The notes below the pieces were generated by a model that was given only the letters and a program-made list of their open reading frames with translations, searched no databases and was not told where the DNA came from. A DNA stretch of 64,000 nucleotides from Basidiobolus meristosporus CBS 931.73. Its lineage: Eukaryota > Fungi > Basidiobolomycota. This document shows positions 27,050 to 40,885 of the stretch, one piece after another. The stretch lies in NCBI GenBank assembly GCA_002104905.1, contig MCFE01000012.1:197009-261008 (forward strand). Direction: 5' to 3'. How positions within the stretch are numbered: position 1 is the first letter of the stretch; every line of letters starts with the position of its first letter. The position numbers were made by a program, and so were the translations under genes.

Positions 27050-28995
27050 TCACATTACGAACATAGCATTAACATCTATAGGACGTCCTGAAGACATGGA
27101 CGGTTGTTGTGTGTATCCTTTGTCAACCATGATTTGGCGTAGAGTCTGCAGTAACTGCAAATAGGTTAGGTTCTTGGTGCGACTCAGCGCAGTAATGAAC
27201 GCATAGGACATGGCCCCCGTATTTCCAAAGCCTTCCTGAGATGTATCCGCTGAGGTTTGATAATCCTTACATCTTGAATAACAAGTTTGAGTGGAATGGT
27301 CCGATACGCAATACACACATATAGGCTTACTAACCCACTAAACATGATCACATCTGCCACCGATGATTTTGCTTCTTGGTTTCGCCTCTCCTTGCCTTTG
27401 GCATCTAGCATGTTTCCTAGCAAAGAGACCACTGCGATGGGTGACATGGCAGAGGCAGGATCCAGCATGGCCCGTTGAAGTGAATGACCTGCCAGTGCCA
27501 TTGGATTCATTTCCTTGAGTTTCCCGTGGCTACTATACACATATGGGAGGTCCATAACAGTTCCAGAATGACAAGAATCAAACACTGCAGTCAAACGTAC
27601 ACCAGGGGGAAGGCGGCGTACAAGAATTGCATTGATTTCCTTTGTGATACAATCTTCGGTGAGTAAACAGGGAACAGCATATCTAATCAAGTGCAATCAC
27701 TTCACATACGTCATCCACAATCTCCCCTGCTTGCTTGTAATCCACTGGCAAAATCGTTTCGTCCGTCCCGTCTAACTCGTCGCCATCAAGATCCTCTGTC
27801 TGTTGGAAATCCATTGAGTTGACACATCAACACACTCTACTTGAGGTGGTGCTTGATATCTTACCTGCCCCCCATGCCCAGAGTAATGTAGAAAATATGC
27901 GTCGTTAGGCTGGGCACCATTCACAAGCCAGTTCATCCCATTAATAATATTTGCTCTGGTTGGCTGGAACCTTGGATCACGTTGATCGTCCGTTAGAATC
28001 ACCATATCCTGGGATCTAAAGCCGTAATGCTCCATGAGGAATCTTTTCATATTGTGCACATCATTTATGCAGCCTAATGGAAATAGAACCTAATCAGTCA
28101 CATTGAAGTTGTATCCAGCCCGCGATGCATGCCTACCTCTGAGTTGAGCGCTTGTGCCGATATAGTTGATTCCAATTAATAAGGCCTTTCTATTTCCTGA
28201 GCATTGAGATATCATAGGGTGAAAATTGAAAGTCGGGCGTACTCCATTTTGGTAACCGCCGGGAGCAGCGCTTGGCGGAACTGGCATATTGTACGAATTA
28301 ATCGGTGGCGGTCCATAAAGATTGCCAGCATTCTGTTGCAGTGGTGGGCCGTACGAAATCTTTGGACCTGGCTGCAATGGAGCGTCATATACATTTGGAG
28401 GTGGAGTGTATGGTGGCGGTGGCGGCTCCTCTGAAGAAACCGATATTCTCGGTGGCACGTTGTAATGCGTATTTGGGGGAGCGTAGTTGCTATAGGTAGA
28501 GCATCCCGACGATAGTGGAGGATATCCGTTGTAATTCGAGTGAGATTGAGGTGGTGGCGGTGGGGGATATTCGTTATAATTGGATTGGTTTCGAGGTGGT
28601 GGTGGGGGATATCCATTATAGTTGGATTGGCTTTGAGTGGGCGGTGGTGGGGGGTATTGCATGTAATTGGATTGACTTTGAGGGGGTGGTGGTGGGGGAT
28701 ACTGGTTGTAATTGGATTGGTTTTGAGGGGGTGGTGGTGGCGGGCAATCGTTGTAGTTGGATTGACTTCGAGGTGGTGGTGGTGGGGGATACTGGTTGTA
28801 ATTAGATTGACTTCGAGGTGGTGGTGGGGGAGGAGGAGGACAATCGTTGTAGTTGGATTGACTTCGCGGTGGTGGTGGCGGCGGCGGTGGGTATCCATTA
28901 TAACCAGGCTGCGGTGGGGGTGGTTGGTTGTATTGCTGTGATGGTGGGCAGTATGGAGGCCCGCCGCCATTATAATTTTGTTGGGAATAATACAT
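27050..28995 (-). CDS. MCA1: Type I metacaspase with long Pro/Gln/Asn/Tyr-rich prodomain, multi-exon
   Basis: [26 protein letters not shown] (catalytic His), FDSCHSGT (catalytic Cys), [15 protein letters not shown] and [10 protein letters not shown] motifs. Confidence 0.95.
28515..28870 (-). repeat. Coding tandem repeat, 8 units of ~42-48 bp, (R/Q)(S/N)QSNYNx(Y/C)P5-7
   Basis: Visible directly in the DNA (ggtggtggt...gttgta(g/a)ttggattg) and in the translation. Confidence 0.9.
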
Positions 28996-31211
28996 ACTCT
29001 ACTCTATAGTAGGTTCTGGATCCTCTCCTTACACGCTACCACAATAATGCCAAGGAAAAAAGAGTCGAAAAGGCCTTTTCTCCAAGAAATTGTCCAGAGA
29101 AACGAATATGTTGTCTACAATGTGTGCCAAGCAAGTATAAAACAGCATTCATGGGTTGCTTTGACGACTTTTTATACGAATCACATGGAGATATTACCTA
29201 AGTTGGCTACCATTAGTTTTGTATGTTTGTATTTATCCAATAACTCAAGGCCATCACCTCATGGGTTTCAAACTAAGCACATGAAGATCCATTTCAAGTT
29301 AGTCGGGCCATCTTATCTCGTTTATTGGCTGATGCTAACTATCTAGAACAATCCACATTTGCAGCGGTGTTTTATTGGCTGCCCGTCACCTAATTATAGC
29401 CCGCTTAGAATGATGGAGAAAGAATTTAGGCAGCTCTTGATTCACTACCATGCGATGCCCCTGTTAACATTAAGAAAAGATAAGCAGTTTGGTAGATCAA
29501 TACGCAGATTTGTGGGCGAATTGGTCAAGCATCAATCTACTGATAAGTTAAACAATATTTGTGCAAGCTAGGGGTTACCAACTCTATGCTACAAATTCGT
29601 CAGTGACTAGGCTTTTTTGTTCATTAGCCAGGTTTGAGAATCTGAAGTTCAACCAGGAACCCTATTATGCGCCATTATTACGATGCAAAGATAGTACATC
29701 ATCCCGCAGAGGATGCACAAGCCTCTGCTGAGACAACAGCAAAAGATAGTAAATCATATTGAATTTGATGATGGATTTCTAAGAATGTCTGGAACTCGTC
29801 CTATGGATAGCAGAGGATTACTCAATACCATAAATCACCATGCATCTAAACATACTAGAATTCTGGCAAAGTCTACCAAATGTACCGAAAGCAGGCATAG
29901 ACTCCAACTTTCCGAAAATCGCTGGCCAGTAGATTCTCAGTTAACGATAAGAAAACCTGACCAATGTCCACAAGCTAGACTAAAAATTCTATAGGGTCTC
30001 TTTATTAAACTGATCCACCGGAAATATTGGGGAAAGTTAAACAAGAAATGTTGCCTTGAAATTCATCTTTTCCTCGAAACACCTAATTTGTTTAGATGGT
30101 CATTTGATCATTCATGTTAAACTAAGCAGGTATGCTTCCAAAGCAAAAACTGATCACTCATAAATACATTGTATTGACACAGGTGCTAGTCATATAAGCA
30201 CTCTCCTGTCTAATGTGAAGTATACCGGAACGGGACTAACGTAACCAGACATGTGGCTGCAAGAAAGCCATGGGGATGTATAACTTGCTTGAATTACAGA
30301 TCTGATTACAGATGCTTGGTGGGTGGAAATGTAGCCCCATGCAAAATCGCTTCTCACAAATTATCAGCCTTCAGAATACGTGAACGTGCTAATCGGCAAT
30401 GGGTTATATAGATGTAGCTTCTGCTACCTGTTGCCGTCACACTAGAAACGGGTAAACATTAATTCGTGAATTCTACTTGGACCAAATACAGAAATGGAAT
30501 AATCTAGGTTGCTTGGTACAAGATGAGTTGATCAGCTGTGCGTTATGTGGACAAGATTATATCATTTGAGGATGTCCCGGTTTCAAGTAAAACGTAGGGA
30601 TTCATGCTTATTTGATTTTAGTGGATCCTATCTGGCTATGCGCCAGTCACGATTTGATCCGCAACCTATGAGACTGCTCACCTATATCTGTGTGGCTCTC
30701 TAATGCAAAAAAGATTCCTTTCCATGTTGCTCTCCCGTGTGTTTCATCCATGGAGCTCGGATAGAACATAGGATGTTGTTTCCATTGCTCCCAAATCCCA
30801 TACTTGCATTTACATAATATCAACTATTAAGGAAATCAGGGAGTTTACTTCCAATCATTGAACTTCAGAACATCCAATTTACCAACTGCCAAGCCTTTTC
30901 TCCATTCACAGTAATTTCTAATCCTAGTTTATGTTGCGACGCAAGCCAAGCTTTATAGTCACCATTTGGCCACCGCTGATATATCATGAGGTTCGGAGAA
31001 AGGCATCTATTTATCTTTCTAACTTTTCCATTCGCTTTTGAACCTTAGCTTACCATATTCCATTCCGGAAACAAACTAATTCCCTTGCGCCTTCGAACCT
31101 TCATTGTGCTTACTCCACCTCTACCTGCCACCTAATATATAGTTGTACTGTCAGCTGGCATATTGACATTAACTTGAGAATCTTTTTCGATAGTACTATA
31201 TATTTGAATAT

Positions 31212-33411
31212 ATGGAGTATTTCATCGGAATCTATACTTGTCTTTGGGACGAGTGTGGTTTAGTATTTACCGACCCCGAAGCACTATATTCTCACTTAAC
31301 TGACGATCACGTTGGCCGTAAATCTACAAATAACCTTTGCCTTACTTGCCATTGGGGAGGCTGTAAAGTATCGACTGTCAAGAGAGATCATATAACGTCG
31401 CATTTGCGCGTCCACGTGCCCTTAAAGCCATATCCATGCAAAGTTTGTGTCAAAATACGATATTTGTCTCGATTACCTTTGCGCTAACCCTCTTCAAAGT
31501 ATTGTCGCAAACCCTTTAAACGTCCACAAGATCAAAGAAAACATGAAAAAATCCATGAACAAGCACACCGTCGGCAATCGTTGCAGCTACCGCAAACTAC
31601 TGGGAGACATAACAGATCCTGCTCCTTGTCGTCGCTGAATCCCTCGATAGGGCGGACTTCGTTTCCTTTTGGTATGTTTCGTTGAATAGCGAACGGAGAG
31701 GTTTCTGGTGCAGGCTAGCGTGGCTAGCTCACCTAGGATCTTGAGTTCGTATTCTTCATGTCCGGCTACTAATGCTTTTTTCAATACATCATCTAGGCTC
31801 TTCTCCTTATTCCGATGTTTCTGACCATCTTGACCCGGGATTTATGAAATCCAGTCACGAATATAATACGTTTGATTTGCAGCAGAAGCCTGTGTCTCGA
31901 TATCCCGACCAGTACACCTATAGTGGTTTTTCATTTGATCCCGAATTTCTGACGAATGATACTACCAAGAAGCGATCACACAGCTATGGAGTACAAGACT
32001 TCTTTCAGGATGTGAAGAAGCAGAAATTGCCGATAGAGTATAACCTCGGTAAGTGTGTATCCCGTGATTCTCCAAGAAGCCAGAATTGACCATTTCAACC
32101 TACTTAGACATGGCCAACGTGCTGAATGTTGTGGGAAAATACGTATTTGATGATGGGGTGCAGCAAATTCCCAACTCCATGTCAGATCAGGATCGCTCAG
32201 CCTATTTGAATTTCATGGAATCACTGAAGCTCCAGATAGACAGCTCGATCAACAACGACTTGACCAACTATTCACCTCCATCAAGCGCTAGCCTTCAAGG
32301 TGGTTGTGGTATCAATGTCAATGATCCAGGAACTTTGCAAGTCCCCCTATCCGAGTCATCTACTGAGCTTTCATATGGCATCGACGGCGTAAATCATAGC
32401 CTTGATCCCTACGTGTCCAGTTGCACCAGCGAATATGTGCCTGCGTTCCCAGAAAACACGCTCAGCTCGAACACAGATTTCAGCGGAAATTACAGTGCAA
32501 TGGCGCCCAGCGATGTGGACTTCACGTTCAAGTTTCCCACGGACCCTACAGGATCATATCTTGATGGGCAACAACCATACCTGGAGATTGACACCAACAC
32601 AAATACACTCACCAATAATGACCTCAACACATTACACTCCGCGAGCCCGTCGCCCTCTTCAAGCAATAGCTTTAGCTCTATTGACCCAACAAGTGTTGCA
32701 TATAATATCCCTCTGCACGGCGCCTCTCACAACAACAACGTCATCATTGCCCCCAGTCCAAAGAAGAGTAACGCCGGTCGTATGGACGATTCGCCCCTGT
32801 TCAGAGGACCAGGGCTTTCGCACCCTCTGTATACCTCTATGGGACCTCAACGACAGATTACCGACCATAGACGCCGTGCTTCTGATATTGCTCGCCTTCA
32901 ACCCTCCATTGAAACTGCCCATACGGCGCTTAACAAGACTAGTGAGAACGTGACCATTACGGTCTCCAAGCCCACTTCGCCATCATCCGATAGCGAGCGC
33001 TCCTCACGCTCAACTCATGTTGCTATTCGTGCTCGATCGGTCTCCCCCAACAGGACAGTAAATGGAAGTGCTAACCTCAAGGTCAGCTCTGAGGATCCAA
33101 GAATGAGACGGAGACTCTCTGCCGGCTCAGTCGCTTCCACCAACAAGGGTACGGCAATCTCAGAGCGCCGGGGTGTGGCTCAGCCCTATAGATCCACTCT
33201 TGATGAGCGAAAGTACCACTCCAAGCTGCTTAGCCTACTCATTCAAAAGCTCCAGGCATCAGAGAGTTCCGAGCAGGAATCAGGTGAAGGTACGGGGCTG
33301 GAGCCCAACTCCGAGGTCAAGACTACATATAGCAGAGCTGATACAGGGGATGCTATGGAGAAGCTTCAAGCCCAAATTAATGCCATTCATATTGGAGAAT
33401 GTAACAATTAG
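31212..33411 (+). CDS. pacC: pH-response transcription factor PacC/Rim101 (multi-exon; start uncertain)
   Basis: Three fingers: CLWDEC...[24 protein letters not shown]; [17 protein letters not shown]; CK|[19 protein letters not shown]. Confidence 0.9.
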
Positions 33412-33811
33412 CTCATTAATTATTAAAGAAGCATCAAAATTCCACCGCTCAAATATTGTAACATGTCTAATCAGTCTATCCATGTATCTGCCTAACTTTA
33501 TTAAATCAATTTCAATATACGGGGCTTCCGATGAATTCCCGAATCCAATTCGTGTGGACACCCATCAGAATGGTAATCAAGTGATAGCTGAAAGAAGTAA
33601 TATGAAAGCCAAAATTTCTGCTGCGAAACCATACTTTATCATGTCACACGGAATTTGAACTTCCCCTCAAATCAACCTTCACTCGGTCCAGGATTTTAAT
33701 CATACTCGTATCGCCTTCCTTCAATAGCACCAATATATTTCATTAATATCGTGACTTGGTTTGATAACTCAGCTTCTGTTCACCGGAGTGTATTAAAATA
33801 CTTCTCTAAAA

Positions 33812-36800
33812 ATGTCCTATCAGCCGATAGAGGTGACCTATTCCTCGTTTTCACACGATCTTGAGGAAGGAGTGCCCGCTCAGGACAGTGATTCTTTTGA
33901 CTCAATCATCGACTTACGACCAACCGAACTGAAATTGAGACGTCGATATACGGACACTCAGAGCTTGAACAATCCGGAGATTGATAGTATAATGCCAGTT
34001 CTGAGAGAGGGGTTCGCTACTAGCATCATGGATGGGACTATCTATGAAATGTCGTTCCAGATCTTGTGGTCAGATGTGACTCGTGCAAGCAGAGAGCATG
34101 TCCTTGCTGTATACAGTAAGGAATCCCCCGAAGCCGATTGGTCACTGATAGCGCGCACGGAGTTCACAAACAGCAAGGTAAGGCTACGCTTTCCCAGTGC
34201 TCGGTTTCCTAGTGATCTTTGATGGTGACCCTTCATTCACCCTCCTTGCACCCTACTAGGAGAATCGGTCGATATTTGTGGTGACTGTGCCCTTTGAGGC
34301 AGAAGAGGCCTCGCCAGATGCCCACTATAGATTTTCAGTACAAACCAACATGAGTAAGAAATCGGAAGTCATAGGATTCGCTGAATGCCATAGAGAACAA
34401 TTGCTACTCTGCTGCGAGAATGGGGAGCCCGGCACTTTAACTTTAGACTTGAAGCATAAAGCCTCCGAACAGCTTCTGATAGATAAGAAGCTGGGATCCG
34501 TATCGATCTTTATGGGTAACGTACGTGTCGCATCGGTTTCACTTCCATACGATTGTTGACTATGCGAGAAACTAACCGCTTTAATGATTATTTTTCAGAT
34601 TCTGCGCGTACCCAGATCCGAAGGACTGCCCTTGCTGAAAGTATTCTCACCCTCCATACAGCAAACCTACCAACTGGTAAGCAATCTGCAGACCCGCCTG
34701 AGAGTTCACGAAACGCTATCCGAGTCGCCGTTTGCATCTTCGTTGCCATGTAAGCTGTTGGGACTCTTCATTAATGAGGAGAGAGATATTATCCAAGAAT
34801 TGGAATCCCTTGATTTCTCCTACATAGACAACACGGATCTAAACAACCAGTTTCTCTCGCTCATGGAGGACTTGAAATCCGTTCAAATAGACCGTCACCG
34901 GGATCTCCTAGAATACTACGCGGATATATTCCATGAGCTAAACTACAAGCTGCAGCACAAGATCACCTCTGGAGAAGGTGACTTCCGTAGGAGCCCTGAA
35001 AAGAGGAACGAAGAGCTGCAGTGGTTGCCGCTAAACTGCTGCATACAGAAGATGAGGGTAGAGGAGATCGAGCAAGTCAAAAGTAAGAGAGGCTAATGAC
35101 CCCCAACCCCTCCCAAAGAGGAAGCTAACCTTTCGCGATGATTTTAGTCTCGAACTATTCGATTGTGACGTGCGGCGCTTTGAGTGCCCATGCCTTCGAT
35201 CGCCAACACAAAACCGAAAGACCCGAAACGAATGTTCACCAGCCCTCCTACTTTACTGGATATGTAGATCACACCGTTCAGAATTTCAAGTCGGACGTAC
35301 AGAGCCTAACCGACGCTATAAGGCGGTGCGTCCTGACGATCATGGAGAACATCCAACGTGATACCATAAACAATCCCGAGCTCAAGAAGCAGTTGAGCGA
35401 ATTGAAATTCCTGGCAAACGAGACGCGCAAATATACCGTGAACTTCCTTGACACCACCATGTTCCAAGAGGGGGTCGTTATCAAGGATCCCACTATCGCA
35501 TCCGTATGTGAAGAGGTTGATCTGATTAGCTATCAGCTGAATGAAGAGAGCTTGTCTAGTCTACACGAGTTGATCTGTTCACTAGACGAATCTCAGAAAA
35601 ACCCGCTCACCGTGCGTGTGCTGCTGCAAGAATGTCTGGACCAGATCCAGGCATCCAATCTGCATATCAAGGTGCGGCTTCTCTCGCTCATCGACTTCTT
35701 TATGCTCTCCATAGACAAGAAGCACACTCGAAATGTAACGCAAAGAAAACGAGATGATGTCACATTCTCACAAGCAATCACGGCAATCGCCACCGGCTTT
35801 GTCTGCATGGTAGACGAGTGCTTGGAAACATTGAACCCATACAAATCCGAGAGACACCAGTTCCTTTGGTCGTTGTTCTGGGAGCGGTTAGAGCAAGTGG
35901 GATTTCTGTGCCAGTTCGAAAGCCTCCTGAGTGTTCACGGTCAAGAGAACACCATGCTACACGATACTTACCAAGCACTATGTGAAGTTGAGCGCTCTGT
36001 AAAGATCGGCTTCCACGCTATACCAGAAGACTTCAAAATCGACCAATCACTAGATATCCTTGGCCACCATGGGTCTATTGTCATATCGATCGGAATCCCC
36101 GAGATCTATTTTGCAAAGATGAATTCCCCGCTGCAAAATGGGACTCAGATCTCTGTGAAGCCGATGCTTTTCACCCAGGGCATCAACCAACAACAGGCCT
36201 TGGCTAGCATGATGGGGAGCTTCAAATTCCAAAACAAAATCAACAGGGAAAACTACGAAAGATATCACCTCTACCTGATGAAGTACAAGCATTGGTGGCA
36301 AGCAAAGTCCACCTCGGATAGCTATCTTGGTTACTGGTCGAAGGCCGATCAAATGATGGTGAAGTTAAAAGAAGAAATAGGCAACGGAAACCGTACCACA
36401 GGAAAATCTTGGAGGCTTCGACCCAATGCCTCCCCAACCATTTTACAAACTGCCTCAGAACTCACTTCACTTATCGGCTCATATCCTCAACCTGACGCTT
36501 CTTCGCAATCTCTACCAGGGCCTGATCCGTGCACCAGCAGCGCACACACCTCTAGGCCCCAAATCACTGCCTATTTTACGTTACCCCGTTGTTCAATGCG
36601 CTTCACCATGTGCAAATCCGCCAAAGATCGGACATCAATGTCAGTAACCTTGGAGCAAGCAAATATCTTGGAAAAGCAACACCAGCTTTCGAAAGAATAC
36701 TATCAGCAGATACTCAAAGCAATGCGTGAAGAGTGTGGTGTAAGACTTGCAAACATCGAAAGAAATTTCAAAATTGGCTTATGGGAGGCCCAGGACCCTC

Positions 36801-36997
36801 AGACGTTGCCGTCAGGTGAGCAACAGGAGAGAGCGAAGCTAGCACTCCAGGATATTCCAAATGCCTTAACTGTCAACGAATATTCCGACCCAAGGAGAGG
36901 TGAGTCAGGCAAATATGCCTTCAGTGTTTGGCAACTTTATTTCTTTCCAGAAGAATATCGCCCTACTTCGAGAGTGATCGCAAACTTCCAAACTTAA
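33812..36997 (+). CDS. INPP4: Inositol polyphosphate 4-phosphatase (INPP4A/B-like), multi-exon
   Basis: Catalytic CX5R motif in the context RFTMCKSAKDRTSMSVTLEQ. Also QFESLLS and LFTQGINQQQ, plus an N-terminal C2-like region. Confidence 0.85.
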
Positions 36998-37428
36998 CTG
37001 TAATAATTTAAACTCTTCCTGTCTAAGCATCCCTCAACACTGCTCTACCTTATGTCGCCCTTTAACTGTACCTTCTCACTGTTTCCAGAAGTAGATATGT
37101 AAACGAATAGTGTACAAATCCAATCATGCCAGTTGACAATCTATCCCATTAGCATTACCCATCGGTTTAGAAATGGCGGTTTGGATATTTCAAAATGCGA
37201 CCTACATCGCTTTTCTTTGGAAGATCGATGCACTCTTTGAGGCATAAACTTCAATGAACAGAGGGATGCCAATATCAGTGGAGTGTGGCTGGGAAATGCT
37301 GTGTGATTTTGCAGAATTTGAGTGGTCACTTTCCTTTGAATATAACAATAATTTCTCTCGAAAAATTGCACGTGCAACAGTCATCACAATTTACATGCGT
37401 CATTCATCTGTTGAGCAAAACCATAGGT

Positions 37429-38163
37429 ATGCCACCCAAACCACCACACTCTTTCAAACTCCTCCTGTGCGATTTCAACGCCAGCTTATGTGATGCTTGG
37501 TCAAAGGAAATTCAGCGACTGATTCACAACCCACACAATACGTCATTCAGGGTTGAAGTTCAGCAAGCAGCTTTTAAAGACGTAGTCAGCAATACCAAGG
37601 TGGATTGCATTGTTTCGCCAGCAAATAGCTTTGGCTTGATGGATGGTGGTGCAGACTGGTACATTAGCAAACTGTTTGGTGGGCCTCAAAAGCTTATCCC
37701 CGTAATCCAAAATAGCATTGATGAAGAATGGTGCGGTGAGCAAAATGTCAATACGACCTTGCTGGTCAACGTTGACAGCTTAAGAGATGGAAAAGAAGAC
37801 TTGCCCAAGTATATAGCTCACACGCCTAGCATGCGTATACCTACAACGCTTAGCCCTAAGGAAGACATAGTCTACAAATGTACTTGGGCATTCTTGAATG
37901 CCGTCAGAAACCATAATCGGCATAATACACTCGATAGGATTGAAACTGTTCTCTGTTCGGGGTTTGGAACGGGTACAGGAAGGTTCCCTGTAGAAATGTG
38001 CGCCAAGCAGATGATTCTTGCTTGCTCGAACTTTCTGATTGCCACGGCCAATAGAAACACCGGTAGTAACAACCATACAACAATGCCCAATAACTATCTA
38101 CGCAGCTGGGATTATGCGCGAGCCATTCAGTCTGGCATCAAGAAACTCACTGATGAAACATAA
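37429..38163 (+). CDS. Macro-domain (ADP-ribose binding/hydrolase) protein
   Basis: IVSPANSFGLMDGGAD, YIAHTPSMR and LCSGFGTGTG macro-domain motifs; the first in-frame ATG is at 37429. Confidence 0.85.
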   Translation: MPPKPPHSFKLLLCDFNASLCDAWSKEIQRLIHNPHNTSFRVEVQQAAFKDVVSNTKVDCIVSPANSFGLMDGGADWYISKLFGGPQKLIPVIQNSIDEEWCGEQNVNTTLLVNVDSLRDGKEDLPKYIAHTPSMRIPTTLSPKEDIVYKCTWAFLNAVRNHNRHNTLDRIETVLCSGFGTGTGRFPVEMCAKQMILACSNFLIATANRNTGSNNHTTMPNNYLRSWDYARAIQSGIKKLTDET

Positions 38164-39154
38164 GAACTTTCCATCTTACATCAATGTTACAATAACCATA
38201 ATGAATAAATGGGAATCCAATACCGATGAAAACTATTTTTAAATCTCAAATGGTTGGGGCGACCACGTACATACACCAAACCCATACTCCTTCACATATA
38301 CGGAAAGTGACCGTAAACGTACAGCAATTGAAATGCCTCCATCCGTACCGTGAAGATTGGATGGTTCAGCTGTCTTTACGGATTTTGGCAATTGGCAAAG
38401 CGCTCATATGTCTCGCTCCCTATTCGTAGCAGTAGCTGGCGTATGGATGTAGAATAAAGGCTAATTTTAAAATGGCAACTCAGAACCATAGATTCAAACT
38501 GTGTGCCGAATCAAATCCCTGGCATGCTTTGGTGTAAAACCTTAAACCAATAGACAGCTGTGGCCGTGGTTACCCAATCTAGCAATTTCCAATCCCAAAT
38601 ATTTACGAACTTGCCTAATTCAAACCAACCATCATCCAGCCTCTTTTTATTGGCTCCGGTGGAGGGGTGAATTGTTCTCACATATCAGCGACCTAGAGGC
38701 CCACCTGTTGCTTTGACACTGCTCGTTGGTCTAAACCTGTACTTCTTGGGTCAATAATGAGTTTTACATCGGAGCTAAAGTCTGGGAAATTCTCAATATA
38801 CGCGCAATGGTAGTCTTGAACAACTGTAACTGTGCCAGCCAGCCCGGTCGTTCAACTAACGCCTGATTTTGTTTTAGGGTGGGACTTTTGTCCGCAATCT
38901 GTAGGAACTGAGCCCGCCCTTTCTTTATTCCCCTTGTCTAACACTAGCATTACGATGCAAATTTTACTTTAGTGCTGATAATCTTTGGAATCATCGAGCT
39001 CTTAACCGTGCCCATCTTCTCAATTCTTGGATTGTAAGTTAGAGGGTGCTAAAGTTTCTTTCCTGATGCCAAGCTGACCACTCTCGATTTTGAAGCATCT
39101 TCGCAGTACTCATCATCTTCATGGAAATCTCCTTCTTAACCAAGGTATGTTAAC

Positions 39155-39590
39155 ATGCTACAGCGAATCCCATACCTAGCTGCCTTCTTAATGTTTACTA
39201 TTCAAAGTGCTGCCCTACCAGCCCCGGCTTGTAAGTTGAAGTACTTCAGAATAGAGTCGTCTTTTTTCGGCACTCACAAATCATTACCAACCAGTGATGG
39301 ATTTATCAAAAAACTCTCCGGCAATCACATTCGTGCTGGAGTATACGCAGTGTAAGCATTTACTATATACTAAGCATCTATATCTACCCAGCTCGCCAGT
39401 ATGGCTGCTAATCTCCATCTGAAGCTTTGCGATCATCATGTGGGTCTCCCTCGTCAGCCGCTTCACCGTGCTGTTCATCGCTGCGCTGACCTTAACAATC
39501 ACCGCTATTTTCTACGGTATTCCCGATCTCATATAATGCGCCTCCATGTCTCTAATCGAACACTACCACACTATAGCCACTGGCTTCTTT
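39155..39590 (+). pseudogene. Possible small secreted/membrane protein or remnant
   Basis: Signal-peptide-like MLQRIPYLAAFLMFTIQSAALP followed by two GTAAG donor sites. I could not splice it into a clean full ORF. Confidence 0.25.
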
Positions 39591-40885
39591 AAAGGCCAGG
39601 AGAGAACTTCAAGCTCAATGACCGGTGGCACTGGAATCATGCTGTCTATGGTGTAACCGACACAATAGGACTATACCCTCCTTGAATACAGAGATCAATT
39701 CAAGCTTTCTCGAGTGCAGCAAACCATCCACTCCACATCTATGAACTTCCTTTTTTTGCGCTAACGATGCCAATGTCAGTACCTTGGGTTCCCTTTTGAA
39801 CCCTTTTTAGAACCTGGTTTATCAAATAAAGATGGGCTATTGCCAGGGGCGTGGGTGTTTTCTTCGTATGCTCGATTGCCAAAAGCTTGGCTCTGGCGCA
39901 CTAGTGGAGGAGATGCTAGTAGCGGTGTACCCGCAGTCCAATTAGTAGCTAGAGTAGGTCGTGAGGCACACAGATGTGTTTAATTGGAATTTGAACACCT
40001 GGCTTGGCTTTTGTAACAACCATGCAAACCCAGCCTAGCCAGTCAGATCAGCGATCGAGGCTGGACCGCTCTGTGCTCTGGAAATCACAGCGCCAGGTAT
40101 GCTACACGTACGCGAGGTAGGTAATGGTGTCGTCATCAATTTACCAGTGTCTAAGGTCCACGCCAACCAATGGTCTACCACAATCTCACGATAGTTGTAT
40201 GTTTGCTGAAGTTAGGAAACCCCAGGTCATTGTTCCATCATCAGAATTGGAAGAGCGCCGGAATCCATGATCCATCGATGACCCAGTGTAATGTTTCGAT
40301 AATGCACATGTGAATAAACGTCATGCGAGGATGGGGCAGTGGAGTCCCGAAATTCACAAATTGGAAAGGACAGAGTTAAATTTAACTCACATTGGAGGAG
40401 ATCCAAAATTCATTAAGCGTTTTAGATGGGCTTTCGTGTCACCCGGCCAATTGACTGCAAAATTCCGAGAAAAAAACGCGATCTCTTCAAATAAAAGTCC
40501 ACCGTCCGCGATTGATTGGTCACGACTATCTGTGACGATAAGCTATTTCACGCTGTCCTTGTGTAATTCTCCGTTCGTATTTGCTCTGACTTCGCCGCCA
40601 CCACTTGTGTACGAATTATATTCGCTCGAAACTTACCAAACTTTACCCAGGCTTTTGGCGTATGTGTGAATTGCGAGGTTGAATCAGTCTATTCCAGCTT
40701 CAACCAACGTACGCTAGACTTCGGTTTGCTTATTTCCTGACTCCTGTGGCTTGTTTATATTCTCTCCTATCCTGTTAATTATCCTACTCGTATTCTGTCC
40801 TTTACCATCCCCTTCCCTCCGAACTCTTGTAAATTCCTCTTGATTCTCTCGGTGTTCCCTCACTCACTCAAACCTGAAAATATAC

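Noticed and set aside
28204-29009. Alternative-frame ORFs over the metacaspase repeat (His-rich, Trp/Gly-rich)
   Set aside because: These are shadow frames of the Pro-rich tandem repeat.
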